Below, piece after piece: positions 20,430 through 31,579 of a stretch of DNA of 64,000 nt. This DNA is from a bacterium (lineage in GTDB: Bacteria > UBA8248 > JACPRG01 > G963555815). The position numbers and the translations under genes are program-made. The notes below the pieces were generated by a model. The model did not search any database. It was not told the DNA's origin and saw nothing but the letters and a program-made list of their open reading frames with translations. Numbering within the stretch: the first letter of the stretch is position 1; every line of letters starts with the position of its first letter. Where the stretch lies: NCBI GenBank assembly GCA_963555815.3, contig CAUVWX020000002.1, forward strand, positions 192,001 to 256,000, read 5' to 3'.

Positions 20430-21785
20430 ATGCCCCCCTTGGTTGCCATTGTGGGCCGACCCAACGTGGGAAAGTCCACCCTCTTCAACCGTCTCGTAGG
20501 AGGCCGAGGGGCCATCGTCGAGCCAACCCCCGGCGTGACCCGGGACTACCACTACGGGGACGCCTCTTGGTCGGGGCGGGACTTTCTGGTAGTGGACACC
20601 GGCGGGATCGGCCTTGACTTGACGACCGATCTGGCCCGTTCAGTGGCCCACCAGACGACCATGGCCATCGAGATCGCGGACCTCATCCTTTTCCTGGTGG
20701 ACGGGCGGGCAGGGGTGACAGAGGCCGACAAAGAGGTGGCCCAGTCCTTGCGCGGCGCCGCCAAACCCATCGCCCTGATCGTGAACAAGATAGATGGCTC
20801 GGGACAGGACCCCGATGTTGCTGAGTTCTATCGTCTTGGCATCGAACCGATTTACGCCGTTTCAGCAGAGCATGGCCGCGATGTGGGAGATTTGCTGGAC
20901 GCCATCGTAGAGCTCCTACCCCCTTCCCCCTCGCCGGAGACCCCCGGGGAGGCCCCGGTGGCAGTGGCGGTGGCGGGGCGACCCAACGTGGGGAAGTCCT
21001 CCCTGGTGAACCGACTCTTGGGAGAGGAACGCGTCATCGTGAACCCAGAGCCCGGGACGACGCGAGACGCCATTGACACCCCTTTGAGAGTGCAGGGGCG
21101 GGACTATCTCCTCATCGATACGGCGGGGATCCGGCGAAAGGGAAAGCTGCGCCTCCCTGTGGAGCGTTATAGCGTCCTATCGGCCCTCAAGAGTTTCTCG
21201 CGCGCCGATGTGGTTCTCCTCTTGCTGGACGCTATCGAGGGACTGGCGGTGCAAGACGCCCGGATCGCAGGCTACGCCGCCTCGTCCGGAGCGGGCCTCG
21301 TCCTGGTGGTGAACAAGTGGGACGCAGTCCCTGAAGCGCGCAAGGATGTCCGGATCTGGACGGAGGAGCTTCGAGACCGGTTGAGGCACGTCAGCTTCGC
21401 ACCCATCCTCACCCTCTCAGCCCTGACAGGCCAGCGGGTCTCCCGCCTCTTCCCCCTCATCGACCGGGTGGCGGCCGAGCGCTCCAAGCGCCTCCCCCCG
21501 GCCGAAGTGAGCGAGGCCCTGGAAGAGATTTTCTTTCGCCACCCGCCCCCCCTCGCGGGCCGGCGTCCTATGCGATTCTATTCGGGGAAGCAGATTGGGG
21601 TCCGTCCTCCCACCTTCCTCTTCTCGGTAAACCGGCCCGAGGCGGTTCATTTCTCTTATGAGCGCTATCTCGCGAATCAGCTCCGCCGGCGTTTTGGGTT
21701 TGAGGGAGCCCCGCTTCGTCTGGTCTTTCGCACACGCCGGAGATCCCCTTCGCGAAGAGGAGGCCCCACCCGGGGCGCGCCTTGA
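20430..21785 (+). CDS. der: Ribosome biogenesis GTPase Der (EngA)
   Basis: Two GTPase domains (GRPNVGKS twice, DTGG/DTAG, NKID/NKWD) and KH-like C-terminus. Confidence 0.98.
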   Translation: MPPLVAIVGRPNVGKSTLFNRLVGGRGAIVEPTPGVTRDYHYGDASWSGRDFLVVDTGGIGLDLTTDLARSVAHQTTMAIEIADLILFLVDGRAGVTEADKEVAQSLRGAAKPIALIVNKIDGSGQDPDVAEFYRLGIEPIYAVSAEHGRDVGDLLDAIVELLPPSPSPETPGEAPVAVAVAGRPNVGKSSLVNRLLGEERVIVNPEPGTTRDAIDTPLRVQGRDYLLIDTAGIRRKGKLRLPVERYSVLSALKSFSRADVVLLLLDAIEGLAVQDARIAGYAASSGAGLVLVVNKWDAVPEARKDVRIWTEELRDRLRHVSFAPILTLSALTGQRVSRLFPLIDRVAAERSKRLPPAEVSEALEEIFFRHPPPLAGRRPMRFYSGKQIGVRPPTFLFSVNRPEAVHFSYERYLANQLRRRFGFEGAPLRLVFRTRRRSPSRRGGPTRGAP

Positions 21786-21847
21786 CAAGGGATCGGTGCC
21801 CTTGCTAGAGTCAAACCATCTCTGTTATCCCGAGGGGATGCCTGTGC

Positions 21848-23926
21848 ATGAAGGCCTATGATGTCCAGCATCTTCGCAACGTAGGTCTCATTGGCCAGGG
21901 CGGGGCTGGGAAGACTTCCCTGGCGGAGGCCATGCTTTTTGACGCCGGCGCCACCCAACGCCTGGGAAAGGTGTCGAACGGTTCCTCCATCTTCGACTAC
22001 GACCCCGACGAAGTCACGCGTCAGAAAAGCCTCAACGCGATGCTGGGGTTTTGCGAGTGGAAGAACCAGAAAATCAACATCGTGGACACCCCTGGCTACG
22101 CCAACTTCGCTGCCGACACTCAGGGTTGCATGCGGGTCCTGGAGGGGGCCATCGTCCTGCTGGACGTCTCGGCTGGCCTGAAGGTCCAGACGGAGAAGGT
22201 GTGGAAGTGGGCCGACGATGCCCAGGTGCGCCGCCTTATTTTTCTAAACCAGATGGATGAGGAGCGGGCGGACTTCGAGGGCACCCTGGATCAGGCCGCT
22301 CAAGTCCTCAGCCCAAAGCCCGTCGCGATCCAGATCCCCATCGGCAAGGGTCCGGACTTTCGTGGTGTGGTGGACCTTCTGGACCAGAAGGCCTGGTTGT
22401 TTGCCAGCGACGGCAGCGGGAAGATGGAGGGAGGGGAGGTCCCGGCAGAGCTCCAGAAGAAGGTTGGGGAGGCGCGGGAGAATCTTATCGAACTCATTGC
22501 GGAGACCGACGACAAGCTCCTGGAAAACTATCTGGAGACCGGGGAGCTGCCAGTCGAAGAGGCCAGACAAGCGATGGCGGTGGGCGTCCGGGCGGGGAAA
22601 CTGGTTCCCGCGCTCTGCGGATCAGCTGTGAATAATATGGGTGTCCAGCCTCTCCTTGATGCCATCTCGGCCTTTCTCCCATCGCCGCTGGAACGCCCCC
22701 CGGTGGAGGGCACGTCCCTGGACGGAGACAAAACCTCACGGGCCGAACCCAAGCCTGATGCCCCTTTGGTTGCCCAAGTCTTCAAGACTCTCTCTGACCC
22801 TTACGCCGGCCGGCTGACCTTCTTTCGGGTTTTCTCTGGGACCCTCCGCGCGGACTCCACCATTTACAATTCGGCCCAGAAGGAAAAAGAGCGCGTGGGG
22901 CAGCTCTTTTTCATCCAGGGCAAGGAACAAAAGCCCGCCCCGACCATCTCGGCTGGGGACTTTGGGGCCGTAGCCAAGCTGAAGATCACCAAGACGGGGG
23001 ACACCCTTTGCGATGAAAAGACACCCATGCTCTTGCCCCCCATCCCATTCCCCTCACCCGTCCTCTCCTTGGCTATCGTTCCCAAGGCCAAAGGGGACGA
23101 GGAAAAGGTGGGCCTGGCCCTTGGCCGACTGGTGGAGGAGAACCCAACCCTTCAGGTGGGCCGGGATCTCCAAACGAATGAGATGATTATCTCCGGGATG
23201 GGGGATCTGCACCTGGAGGTCATGGTAGAATGGATGAAGCGCAAGTTCGGCGTTGAGGTGGAAGCCAAGACTCCTCGGGTCCCTTACAAGGAGACCGTCC
23301 GCTCGTCCGCCAAGGCCCAGGGAAAATACAAGAAGCAGACGGGGGGGCGGGGTCAGTACGGCGATGCCTGGATTGAGATCAAAGCCTTGCCTCACGGTCA
23401 GGGTTTCGAGTTTGTCAACAAGATCGTGGGCGGCGCGATCCCGAGGCAGTACATTCCGGCTGTAGAAAAAGGGATCGTTGAGGCCATGGGGTCAGGCCCC
23501 CTGGCTGGCTACCCAGTTGTGGATCTGAGGGCCACCCTCTACGATGGGACCTTCCACGCCGTCGATTCCTCCGAAATGGCGTTCAAGATCGCCGGCTCTC
23601 TCGGGTTTAAAAAGGCGTTTCAAGAGGCCAAGCCGATCCTCCTTGAGCCCGTCATGAACATAGAGGTGGAAGTCCAGGACGAACTGGTGGGGGACGCCAT
23701 CGGAGACCTGAACTCCAGGCGGGGGAAGGTGCTGGGGGTCCGTTCAGCCTTCCGTTCTCAGGTGGTTTCGGCCCAGGTCCCCATGGTTGAAGTCCTCACC
23801 TACGCCTCGACCCTTCGGTCCATGACGGCCGACCGGGGGAGCTTCTCTATGGAGTTCTCCCATTACGAAGAGGTTCCAAGCCAGCTGGCCGAGAAACTGA
23901 TCTCCCAGAGCGCCAAGGAATCCTAA
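21848..23926 (+). CDS. Elongation factor G paralogue (EF-G2 type)
   Basis: [41 protein letters not shown]; divergent switch I; not in the str operon. Confidence 0.92.
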   Translation: MKAYDVQHLRNVGLIGQGGAGKTSLAEAMLFDAGATQRLGKVSNGSSIFDYDPDEVTRQKSLNAMLGFCEWKNQKINIVDTPGYANFAADTQGCMRVLEGAIVLLDVSAGLKVQTEKVWKWADDAQVRRLIFLNQMDEERADFEGTLDQAAQVLSPKPVAIQIPIGKGPDFRGVVDLLDQKAWLFASDGSGKMEGGEVPAELQKKVGEARENLIELIAETDDKLLENYLETGELPVEEARQAMAVGVRAGKLVPALCGSAVNNMGVQPLLDAISAFLPSPLERPPVEGTSLDGDKTSRAEPKPDAPLVAQVFKTLSDPYAGRLTFFRVFSGTLRADSTIYNSAQKEKERVGQLFFIQGKEQKPAPTISAGDFGAVAKLKITKTGDTLCDEKTPMLLPPIPFPSPVLSLAIVPKAKGDEEKVGLALGRLVEENPTLQVGRDLQTNEMIISGMGDLHLEVMVEWMKRKFGVEVEAKTPRVPYKETVRSSAKAQGKYKKQTGGRGQYGDAWIEIKALPHGQGFEFVNKIVGGAIPRQYIPAVEKGIVEAMGSGPLAGYPVVDLRATLYDGTFHAVDSSEMAFKIAGSLGFKKAFQEAKPILLEPVMNIEVEVQDELVGDAIGDLNSRRGKVLGVRSAFRSQVVSAQVPMVEVLTYASTLRSMTADRGSFSMEFSHYEEVPSQLAEKLISQSAKES

Positions 23927-23931
23927 GACCT

Positions 23932-24357
23932 ATGAGAAACCTACAGGACGAAGTCTCGGAGGACGGGGTGGCAAAGGAGACCATTCCCGACAAGCTCTTC
24001 TTTAAGATCGGGGAAGTGGCCGATCTGGCCAGGACCAGACCCCACGTGCTTCGCTACTGGGAGTCGGAGTTCAAAGTCCTCAAGCCTGTCAAGAATGCCT
24101 CAGCGCAACGCGTGTACAGGCGAAAGGATGTCGAGCTGGTCTTGGAGATTAAGCGGCTCCTCTACGAGGAGCAGTACACCATCTCAGGGGCCAAAAAGAA
24201 GCTTTCCACCCGCAGGAGTTCTACGAAAGCGGATGAACCGCATCAAGGGAAAGGCGCGCGCCCCAGAGGTGCTGATAGGACCCGCCTCGACAAGCTCCTG
24301 AAGGAGATCGAAGAGGACCTTTCTTCCCTCCTAAACCACCTGGGGCCGCCCCCTTGA
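23932..24357 (+). CDS. MerR-family HTH transcriptional regulator
   Basis: FKIGEVA...VLRYWESEF...YTISGAK; usual position ahead of tRNA-Pro. Confidence 0.9.
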   Translation: MRNLQDEVSEDGVAKETIPDKLFFKIGEVADLARTRPHVLRYWESEFKVLKPVKNASAQRVYRRKDVELVLEIKRLLYEEQYTISGAKKKLSTRRSSTKADEPHQGKGARPRGADRTRLDKLLKEIEEDLSSLLNHLGPPP

Positions 24358-24383
24358 GTCCCGTCGTAGCCCTTTTGAATCCC

Positions 24384-24412
24384 TTGACGGAAATCCTGGC
24401 GGGTGCTAAGAA
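24384..24412 (+). promoter_or_regulatory. Putative sigma70 promoter for tRNA-Pro
   Basis: TTGACG-17 nt-TAAGAA with TG extended -10. Confidence 0.55.
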
Positions 24413-24431
24413 AGAATTAGAGGTTTTAGAT

Positions 24432-24508
24432 CGGGGCGTAGCGCAGCCTGGTAGCGCACCTGAATGGGGTTCAGGTGGTCAGGAGTTCAAATCTCCTCGC
24501 CCCGACCA
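24432..24508 (+). tRNA. tRNA-Pro(GGG)
   Basis: Acceptor CGGGGCG/CGCCCCG, anticodon arm CCTGA-AT GGG GT-TCAGG, TTCAAAT, CCA. Confidence 0.96.
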
Positions 24509-24822
24509 TTTTTCCCAATAACTTAAGGTTATTTTCCCTACAAAAACAGGAGAGTTTCTATAAATTAGTTCCATATAGGCTCCAATAAGCGCGCGCTAAG
24601 GGTTCCTTATGGCAGATTCGGGGCCTGGGATCTCAGGAATCTGACCTCCAGCGCCGGATGCCTTACTGCCCAGGGCGCAGGCTGGGAATTCATCCCCATG
24701 GGCTGGACTTCAGGTAATTCCGGCCCTAACTGAAAGCGTGGTACCACTCCTGGGGGCAGGTCAGTCGTCTCCTATTTGACAATAATCTTTTCCCTGATGT
24801 CTCAGGCCTTGAATGTGAGAAG

Positions 24823-25062
24823 TCCAAAGGCACCCTGCCGGACAAGCTCTATCAGAAATGGCTGCGGGGCGAGATCAATCTTATAACTTCCACTGCGCAA
24901 ATGGCTGCGGTAGCTGCGGTTCTCGCCCGGCCTCGTCTGAAAAAGTTTCTCGGCACTGATGAAGCGGAGAGCCTTGTCGAAAACGTCGGCACACGCGCCC
25001 TTATCCTTGACGAACTGCCCGGTGTGAACAAGGCCCCCTTGGCCCGGAAAAGGCCCTTATAG
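24823..25062 (+). pseudogene. Internal fragment of a PIN-domain toxin (TIGR00305-like)
   Basis: Manual translation SKGTLPDKLYQKWLRGEINLITSTAQMAAVAAVLARPRLKKFLGTDEAESLVENVGTRALIL; lacks the N-terminal DTN and C-terminal D..D catalytic motifs. Confidence 0.6.
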
Positions 25063-25204
25063 ACCGTCGCAATTACCAATAGGAGGAACGCCTGCGGGGC
25101 TGGGGCGCGCTGACCGCACCTCCTCTCGAATCGTGTCGGCGCATCTGAGCAATCTCTGTGCGACGCTATCTTCATGCAGTAACCCATATCGCGAATCCTA
25201 TGCC

Positions 25205-28200
25205 TTATTCGTCCAGGATATCCTTCAACGTCTTGCCGGGCTGCGGTTTGTCCACCTGTGTCATAAACTCCGGATGGGTGAACAGAGGGTTGCCAGACGA
25301 CCAGAGTTCCAGGCTTTCGGCGTGTTCCTCGAAATACTCCGGATCGGTGGTCACCCGCAGGCGCTCAGTCATGCCAGGGGCTAGCAGGCCGTATTCCCGG
25401 CTTCCCATGGGCTGGACATCGGTTCCCGCCGGCAGCAGGTTAGATAACCCGATCATTCTGTCGAGATCCTCCATGGTGACCGATGACGGCGCTCGCTCCG
25501 GCATGGCGAGGTCTTCATCCGTTACCGCATCGATATCGAAACCTCGCCCCTCGGCCGCCCGTGCCTGTTGCTCGATGGCATCGATGGCATTGGCGCGGCT
25601 CCGATCATCCCGGGTCTCCCCAGATAGCACGGTTTTAGAAATCATCCGGGGCAATTGCGCCAGAATCGGCTGCAAGCGCCCGACCACGGATTCGAATAGG
25701 CCGATGCGCTCCCGGAGTGCCCGGTAAACGTCCGCTTCGACCGTGTCTTCATAGTGCAGATTGATGATTCGGATGGTCTCATTCTGCTGGCCGAGACGAT
25801 CGATGCGACCGATGCGCTGCTCCACCCGCATGGGGTTCCACGGCATGTCGTAGTTGATCAGGGCGCCGCAGAACTGGAAATTAAGACCCTCGGCGGCGGC
25901 ATCCGTACACAACAGAATATCGGCTTCACCGTCACGGAACCGCCGTTTGGCATCGTCTCGGCTGATCCGCTGCCAAGAGCCGTCGCTGGAGGGTATTTCT
26001 CCGCCGCGTCCCGAGAAGCACATCAGCCTTTGATCGGTGTCCTTCAGGATTTCCCCGCGCAGAAAATCCATGGTATCGGTGTACTGGGTGAAGACCATCG
26101 CCTGGCGGTAGCCATCCTGACGCAATTCGGCAAGGCTGCTCTTCAGGCTTCCAAGCTTGCTGTCCGGCGGCAGTTGGCCGATACGGGCAAGAAGGCTTTC
26201 GATGTCGGCCTCCTCTTCAGCGGCGAGAGCCTCACGCTCCAGCACTTCCACTTCATCCGCATCCAGGATTTCATCCATGGTTTCATCGTCCGGCGCATCT
26301 TCGTCGAGCCCCACCCATTGCACCATGCCACCGGCTGCAATGGCGTCGAGGTGCCTCTGGAGAGTCTTGCGCAAGGCACTGAAGCTACTGGCGAGGCGCC
26401 GCCGGTAGATGGTCATGACGAACCCCACCGCCGTGCGCTCCTTGGCGCTGGCCTGGTTGTAGGTGCTGGCGATGTAATCCTCGACCGCGTCATAGATCGA
26501 CCGCTCTTCCAGCGTCATCTCGAGAAAGCGATCCTCGACCCGCCGGTCGGCGATCGGCGTGGTCAACAGGCCCACCTTGAAATACCGCCGCAGCAGTTCG
26601 CGGGTGTGCCGTGAGACCAACCGCCGGATCGGCGTGTTTGCCCGCATGATCTGGATCGCTGCCCGGCGCTCCGGCGTTTCCAATTGACGGCGCGGGATGC
26701 TGGCGTCGTCACGTAATGCTCGAAGAACCTTGCCGGCCTTCAGGGGCGACAGGTCGGCGAGGCATTGCGCGTCTTCTTGCATAACCTCGCCATAGTGTTG
26801 TTCAACCGACTGAAATAGCCGGGCCATACGGTCTAACGCATCCGATGACGGATTCGGCTGTTCAATGTCGTCAAAAAAGCCGAGAAACGCCCAGGCGGTC
26901 CACTCCGGCGGCAGGCCGAGCAGATTAAGCAGGTCCCAGACCTCGATGGGATGGACCTGCATCGGTGTTGCCGTCAGCAACACCAGCCCTTTAGTGCGGT
27001 CCTTCAGTCCCTGCATCAGGCGGAGAAGCGCATTCAGGCCGCCTTCCTGCGGGCTTCCCGCAGCCCGTCGCCGGGCATGATGGGCTTCGTCGAGCACCAC
27101 CAGATCCCAGGGTTCGGCTTCCTCCAGAAGCCCTCCCGCCCGGTCGCTCCGGCGCATCAGGTGGCTTGATGTAATCACCACAGGTTCATGATGCCATCGG
27201 TCGCGGGCGACCAGGCGCTCGTTCCGCCCACGACACGCCGGGGAGGGATACCAAACCAGCTTGCGGCCATCGTAGATCGGCCAATTGAGATTGAACTTCT
27301 CGCGGAGTTCGATCTGCCATTGTTTGAGGACGGCCTTGGGCGCCAGGATCAGGACCCGCCTGGCGAGTCCGGCAAGCCACGCCTGGCGGAGCAAAAGGCC
27401 CGCCTCGATGGTCTTGCCGAGGCCGACCTCGTCGGCGATCAGAAGCCTGGGCGGCCAATCGCGGTAGAGGCGCTCAAAAGCCTTCACCTGGTGCGGCCAG
27501 GGGGTGACCGCCGAGGTCATTTCTCCTACACGCTCGCCTCCGTCCGGTAATGAGGGCGCATGCTGGATGAAAGACCAGACGCGGCTTCTGAGATCGCCAG
27601 GTTGCAGCGCTGGCGGTATTTCGGGCTCCTTCGCCTCGGGCTCCGGCTTCTCCGGTGAAAGCTTTGCGGGTTTCTTCTCAGGCTCCTCCTTGAGGCGGGC
27701 GGGCTTATCGCTTGCCGGCATGAACCGCATCAGGTCTTGGCGCGCGGCATCGGGCACGTCGAGCACGATCACGCGCTGCGCCTTGTTGGCCCAGATGCGC
27801 GCGAAGTTGGCCTCCTCATCGCCGACCCGCCTGGGTTCCGGACCCCAGTTCGTATAAACGCTGATGCTCTCCCAGTTGTACCGCCAGCCGGCGGCGGTCT
27901 CGTTGAGGCTGCCGGTCCAGGCTATCTTGTCGCCGCCACGGTCCTCGATGATGCCGGCCTTCTCGTGAAAGATGCCATCCGCCGGGATCGGCTTGTTATT
28001 GGCGTCGCAGGGGACGGCCACCTTCACATCCAGATGGCCGCGCGCGATCATCCAGGCCAGCAGTTCCAGCGCGTCGGAAGAGGCCGGGTCTGGTGGAGCC
28101 AGGGGAAAGCTTGTCAAATGCCGTTCGACGAGAACGCAAAGCTGCTCGCCTTTCTCTATCGCCTCGATCTCGGGCGGTTCCAGGGTGCAGCCGACGACAA

Positions 28201-28390
28201 GCCGCATGCGGCCGCCGTTTCGGACCAGCCCTTCGATGCCGCGCGCCGCCAGCGTCAGGGCGCGGGCATTGAAGTATCCGGTCAGCCGGTCGTAGCGCTC
28301 GGCGTCCTCCAGCGCGGGGACGTAGAACAGCTTGACGAGATCGCCGTCATCGGGGGTGTATTTGAGGTTCCATGTGCGATCGCCGAGCAT
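25205..28390 (-). CDS. PLD-nuclease + SNF2-family helicase (effector of the restriction-like system)
   Basis: N-terminal FHEKAGIIED...GSLNET (PLD HKD-like); LIADEVGLGKT, DEAHH, LTATP, EGLNFQ, PWNPMRVEQRIGRIDR. Intact 1061 aa. Confidence 0.93.
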   Translation of the reverse strand: MLGDRTWNLKYTPDDGDLVKLFYVPALEDAERYDRLTGYFNARALTLAARGIEGLVRNGGRMRLVVGCTLEPPEIEAIEKGEQLCVLVERHLTSFPLAPPDPASSDALELLAWMIARGHLDVKVAVPCDANNKPIPADGIFHEKAGIIEDRGGDKIAWTGSLNETAAGWRYNWESISVYTNWGPEPRRVGDEEANFARIWANKAQRVIVLDVPDAARQDLMRFMPASDKPARLKEEPEKKPAKLSPEKPEPEAKEPEIPPALQPGDLRSRVWSFIQHAPSLPDGGERVGEMTSAVTPWPHQVKAFERLYRDWPPRLLIADEVGLGKTIEAGLLLRQAWLAGLARRVLILAPKAVLKQWQIELREKFNLNWPIYDGRKLVWYPSPACRGRNERLVARDRWHHEPVVITSSHLMRRSDRAGGLLEEAEPWDLVVLDEAHHARRRAAGSPQEGGLNALLRLMQGLKDRTKGLVLLTATPMQVHPIEVWDLLNLLGLPPEWTAWAFLGFFDDIEQPNPSSDALDRMARLFQSVEQHYGEVMQEDAQCLADLSPLKAGKVLRALRDDASIPRRQLETPERRAAIQIMRANTPIRRLVSRHTRELLRRYFKVGLLTTPIADRRVEDRFLEMTLEERSIYDAVEDYIASTYNQASAKERTAVGFVMTIYRRRLASSFSALRKTLQRHLDAIAAGGMVQWVGLDEDAPDDETMDEILDADEVEVLEREALAAEEEADIESLLARIGQLPPDSKLGSLKSSLAELRQDGYRQAMVFTQYTDTMDFLRGEILKDTDQRLMCFSGRGGEIPSSDGSWQRISRDDAKRRFRDGEADILLCTDAAAEGLNFQFCGALINYDMPWNPMRVEQRIGRIDRLGQQNETIRIINLHYEDTVEADVYRALRERIGLFESVVGRLQPILAQLPRMISKTVLSGETRDDRSRANAIDAIEQQARAAEGRGFDIDAVTDEDLAMPERAPSSVTMEDLDRMIGLSNLLPAGTDVQPMGSREYGLLAPGMTERLRVTTDPEYFEEHAESLELWSSGNPLFTHPEFMTQVDKPQPGKTLKDILDE

Positions 28391-28392
28391 GG

Positions 28393-31350
28393 TCAGGCAT
28401 CATCGTCCTGCCAGAGCCTGATCTGCTCCGGCTTGTCGATCTTGTCGCCGTAGGCGAGACGGGCGAGGCTGTAGAGGGCCTCGAAGTCGCTTCCCGAAGC
28501 CGCCGCATCGCCTTCGAGTTCAATGCCGGTAAAAATGCCGGTAAAGGCCTTGGAAACCGGCAGAATCTCAAGGACGGCCTCAAGGGCCGCGAAGAAGCGT
28601 GGATCCTGGTCCACCCGCGTGTTGGCGAGCATTTTCTGAGCGGCGGCGAGGGATCGGACGCACGCCGTGTTGGCCGTGTGATGAACGGCGTCGATCATGC
28701 CGCGCGAGCCGTCGGCCGGCCCCAGCGCCCCCTTGGCGGTGCGGCGCGCGCTGTCCCACAAAAGGATATCGCTACCCTTCTTTTCCGCGATCCTGCCGAC
28801 GATGTCGCTGTCGAGATCGATACCGACGGCGCGGGCGAGTCTCAGCGCTTCGTCGTAGGAAAACATCGGCGCCTTGAAGGCGTCCCAGGCAAGCACGAAG
28901 AAGGCGGTGGCCGGATCGAGATCGGCATCCGCCTTCAAATGGGTCAGTTGCTCCAGACGCCAGCGTTTGACCTCGCGCCGGGCCGCGTCCAGCGCATCCT
29001 TTGGCGTCGTGGCATAGGGGTTCCATTCCTCCTCAAACAGCGACTGCTGGTTCCGCCGCCGGCGTTCCTCCGGTATCTCTCGCGGCGTACCGCGTTTCAA
29101 CGGCCAGTGGCGCGAGAATTCCTCCAGAGCGGGGCCGAAGGAGGCAAGATACAGATCGACTCCGGCAATGCCCGCGTCCTGAAATTCCTTGACCCGCGTC
29201 CTCACCGCCTGGGCGACCCGCGGTTCCACGTCCTCCCAATAGAGCTCCTGTTCGGCCTCGAAATCGCCGATGCGCGGGCGGCAAACCAGAAAGATGGTGC
29301 TGTTGGCCGCCGCCTTGTTCCTGATGTGCAGGCTGCCTTCGGCCTCGGTGTTGATCGGCCATGACGCGGTGATGGCGAAACCCGCCTCCATCAGCCCCTT
29401 GGTGAGCGCGTCCCAGGCGCCGGTCGCCTTGTGCGTGAACATCAGGGTCATCACGCCCTCGGGCTTCAGGGTGCGGCGGCATTCGGCAAAAATGGACGCC
29501 ATCCGTCCTGCATAGTCCCGCCCCGCAAGCGCCTTCGCGCCCTTCTGGCCTCGGAACCTCGCCGGATTGGCGACGGCCTCGTTGTCCTTGTCGGTCAGGT
29601 GACGGCGGAACAGGTCGGGGAAGACATGGCCGGCGGTGCGCTTGAGCCAGACATAGAAGAAATCCGACAGCTCGGCGTACATGACGTTGTCGTAATAGGG
29701 CGGGTCCATGACCACCGCGTCGATGCTGCCGTCCTCGATATGGTCGAGGCTGTCGCCCGGCTTGCAGGTGATGGTGATCGGCGGCGAGGTGTATTCCGCC
29801 GCGTCGGCGCCGTTGAACAGATCGCCGGCGCCATTCGCTTCGGGGCGAATCAGCGCGACAAGCTCGTCGATGCATTTGGCAATCTGTTTGATGGCCCAGT
29901 CATAGCCCACGCCAGAGATGAGGGGCGCCATCTCCGCGCAGGACCACTTGAACGAGAAGTCGTGGCGATCGAACGTATTGACCATAACCTCACGGCCGAC
30001 ATGCCAACGGGTCATGCGGGAGTTGTAGTCTCGTAGCTTGTCGAGCGATAACGCTAAGTAGCCGTATGCTGCCCGACGAACCTCGGTCAACTTGCCATCC
30101 GCTCGGTCAGCGTCGAGCATTTCGCGGAAGACCTTAACGCTCGTGCCGTGACAAAGCAGTTGGCGCGGCGAAAACAGGTCGCGCCACAGCGGCATGCCGT
30201 ATTGGATGGGGCGGTCGTCGTTGCTTATTTCGGGAAACCTCTCGCTCGGCACGATGTCCAGTGCTTCCCACTCGGGCAGTTTCTCGGCAAGCCTCGCCTG
30301 GATTTCGGCGCTGTTGTCGTCCTCGCGTCGCGGCGCGCGGTAGCCGCGTATCCATTTGTCTTTGCCCCGCTTACCGGATTTGAGGATCTTTTCGACGCGC
30401 TTCTTGTAGGCGACCGCAAAGAGTTGCTCGCCCATTTGACCAGCCTGGGCTTGGCGCTTGATTTCGTTGCCGTCGATGACGCGACCGCAATCCGAGTAAA
30501 GGCATGTGCCGTCGCCGCGCGACACCGTGCCGGACGATTATTCCCTGGCGGATTTGACGATCTCGAATGAGCAGATCCGGCCATCGGAACCTGGGCCGGA
30601 ACGAAGTTCGGGTTTGAGCCTGACCCCGGTCCCGTCGGGAGCGAGACGCCAGTTCGGCGATAGCGGCACAAGACCGTCGCAATAGGGACAGGTTATGGTG
30701 CGCGCCCAGATGAAATTCGTGGATATGGCGTCTCGATTTTCTTCCGTTGGAAAACACGGTGCGAGGCGCTCTTCTCTCGTGCGAATGAAGCGCTCCGACA
30801 AATGTTCAAATTCGGACTTGAGATTACCGCCGTATCGTGAAGGCCACTCGACAGTTGCGCGCATTATTAGCGTGGACACCGGGTTGAGATCATTCGCAGC
30901 AGCTTCGGTGCCGAGCCGCACCACCTCGAAGGGAACGCTTCCACCTCCAGCGGTTGGGTCGAGAATCGTGAAACTCTCCAAGGAGCGACCAAGCGCGGCC
31001 ATCAACCATTTCTTGTCGTCCGAATCCGGAACGTAACCGAACGCTCGAGGATAGCTGTATGCCTGTCCCTCGAAGCGTTGCCCTCTCCTACGGGCAGCAT
31101 CAATTCTCCGTCTTGTAGCGACCGGATCCCCATGAATCCCCAGGACATGCATAAACTTTTCCCGGTCGGCATCCGCGGGCAGCAAGGAAGCGAGCACCGC
31201 CGCGCGCGACGCCACCAACGGCCGGCGCGCCCACCAGACGTGCAAGCGGTTCGGGGCGGGGAAGGGTGTCATGGGCGTCCGCTCGCGCGTGCTTTCGATA
31301 CCGAGCGCGGCGCTCGGCATCCAACGTTCTATGAGGCGGGTGTCAGGCAT
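28393..31350 (-). pseudogene. DUF1156 N6-adenine DNA methyltransferase with an in-frame TAA
   Basis: LHVWWARRPL (DUF1156), DPTAGGGS (motif I), CPYC, DPPYYDN (motif IV). ORFs 30538..31350 and 28393..30525 share a frame, separated by TAA at 30538-30540 (KSARE*SSGTV). Confidence 0.9.
28522..28545. repeat. 12-bp tandem duplication inside the methylase gene
   Basis: AATGCCGGTAAA twice; gives FTGI-FTGI in the protein. Confidence 0.9.
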
Positions 31351-31579
31351 GTGTCTCGTTCCTCGATCATCATCACCGCCTCATCCCTGGGTGATCTTTG
31401 GGTCGCCGTCGACGCCGTAAACAAGCTTCCCAAATTCGATGGACCAGGAGAAGTGCAGGCGGAGCGGCATGTGCCGTTCTTTACCGTGCCATCGATTTCT
31501 TCGTCACCGATCGACCGATCGGATCGTTGGGGTTCCATGGGGTTGTCGCTTTGCATCGTTTACGCACTGGATTGTCCGG

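Noticed and set aside
28372..29364. Long antisense ORFs such as 28372..29364, 37174..38118, 53953..55230 and 60010..60939
   Set aside because: Shadow frames opposite well-supported genes, expected in high-GC DNA.
30538..30540. Recoded stop (Sec/Pyl) in the methylase or ridA
   Set aside because: The methylase stop is TAA, the ridA TAG comes with a frameshift, and TAG/TGA act as normal stops throughout the window.
31329..31579. 75-aa ORF between the DUF3780-like and methylase genes as an extra system component
   Set aside because: No motif and overlaps the methylase start; may be a decayed small gene but cannot be supported.
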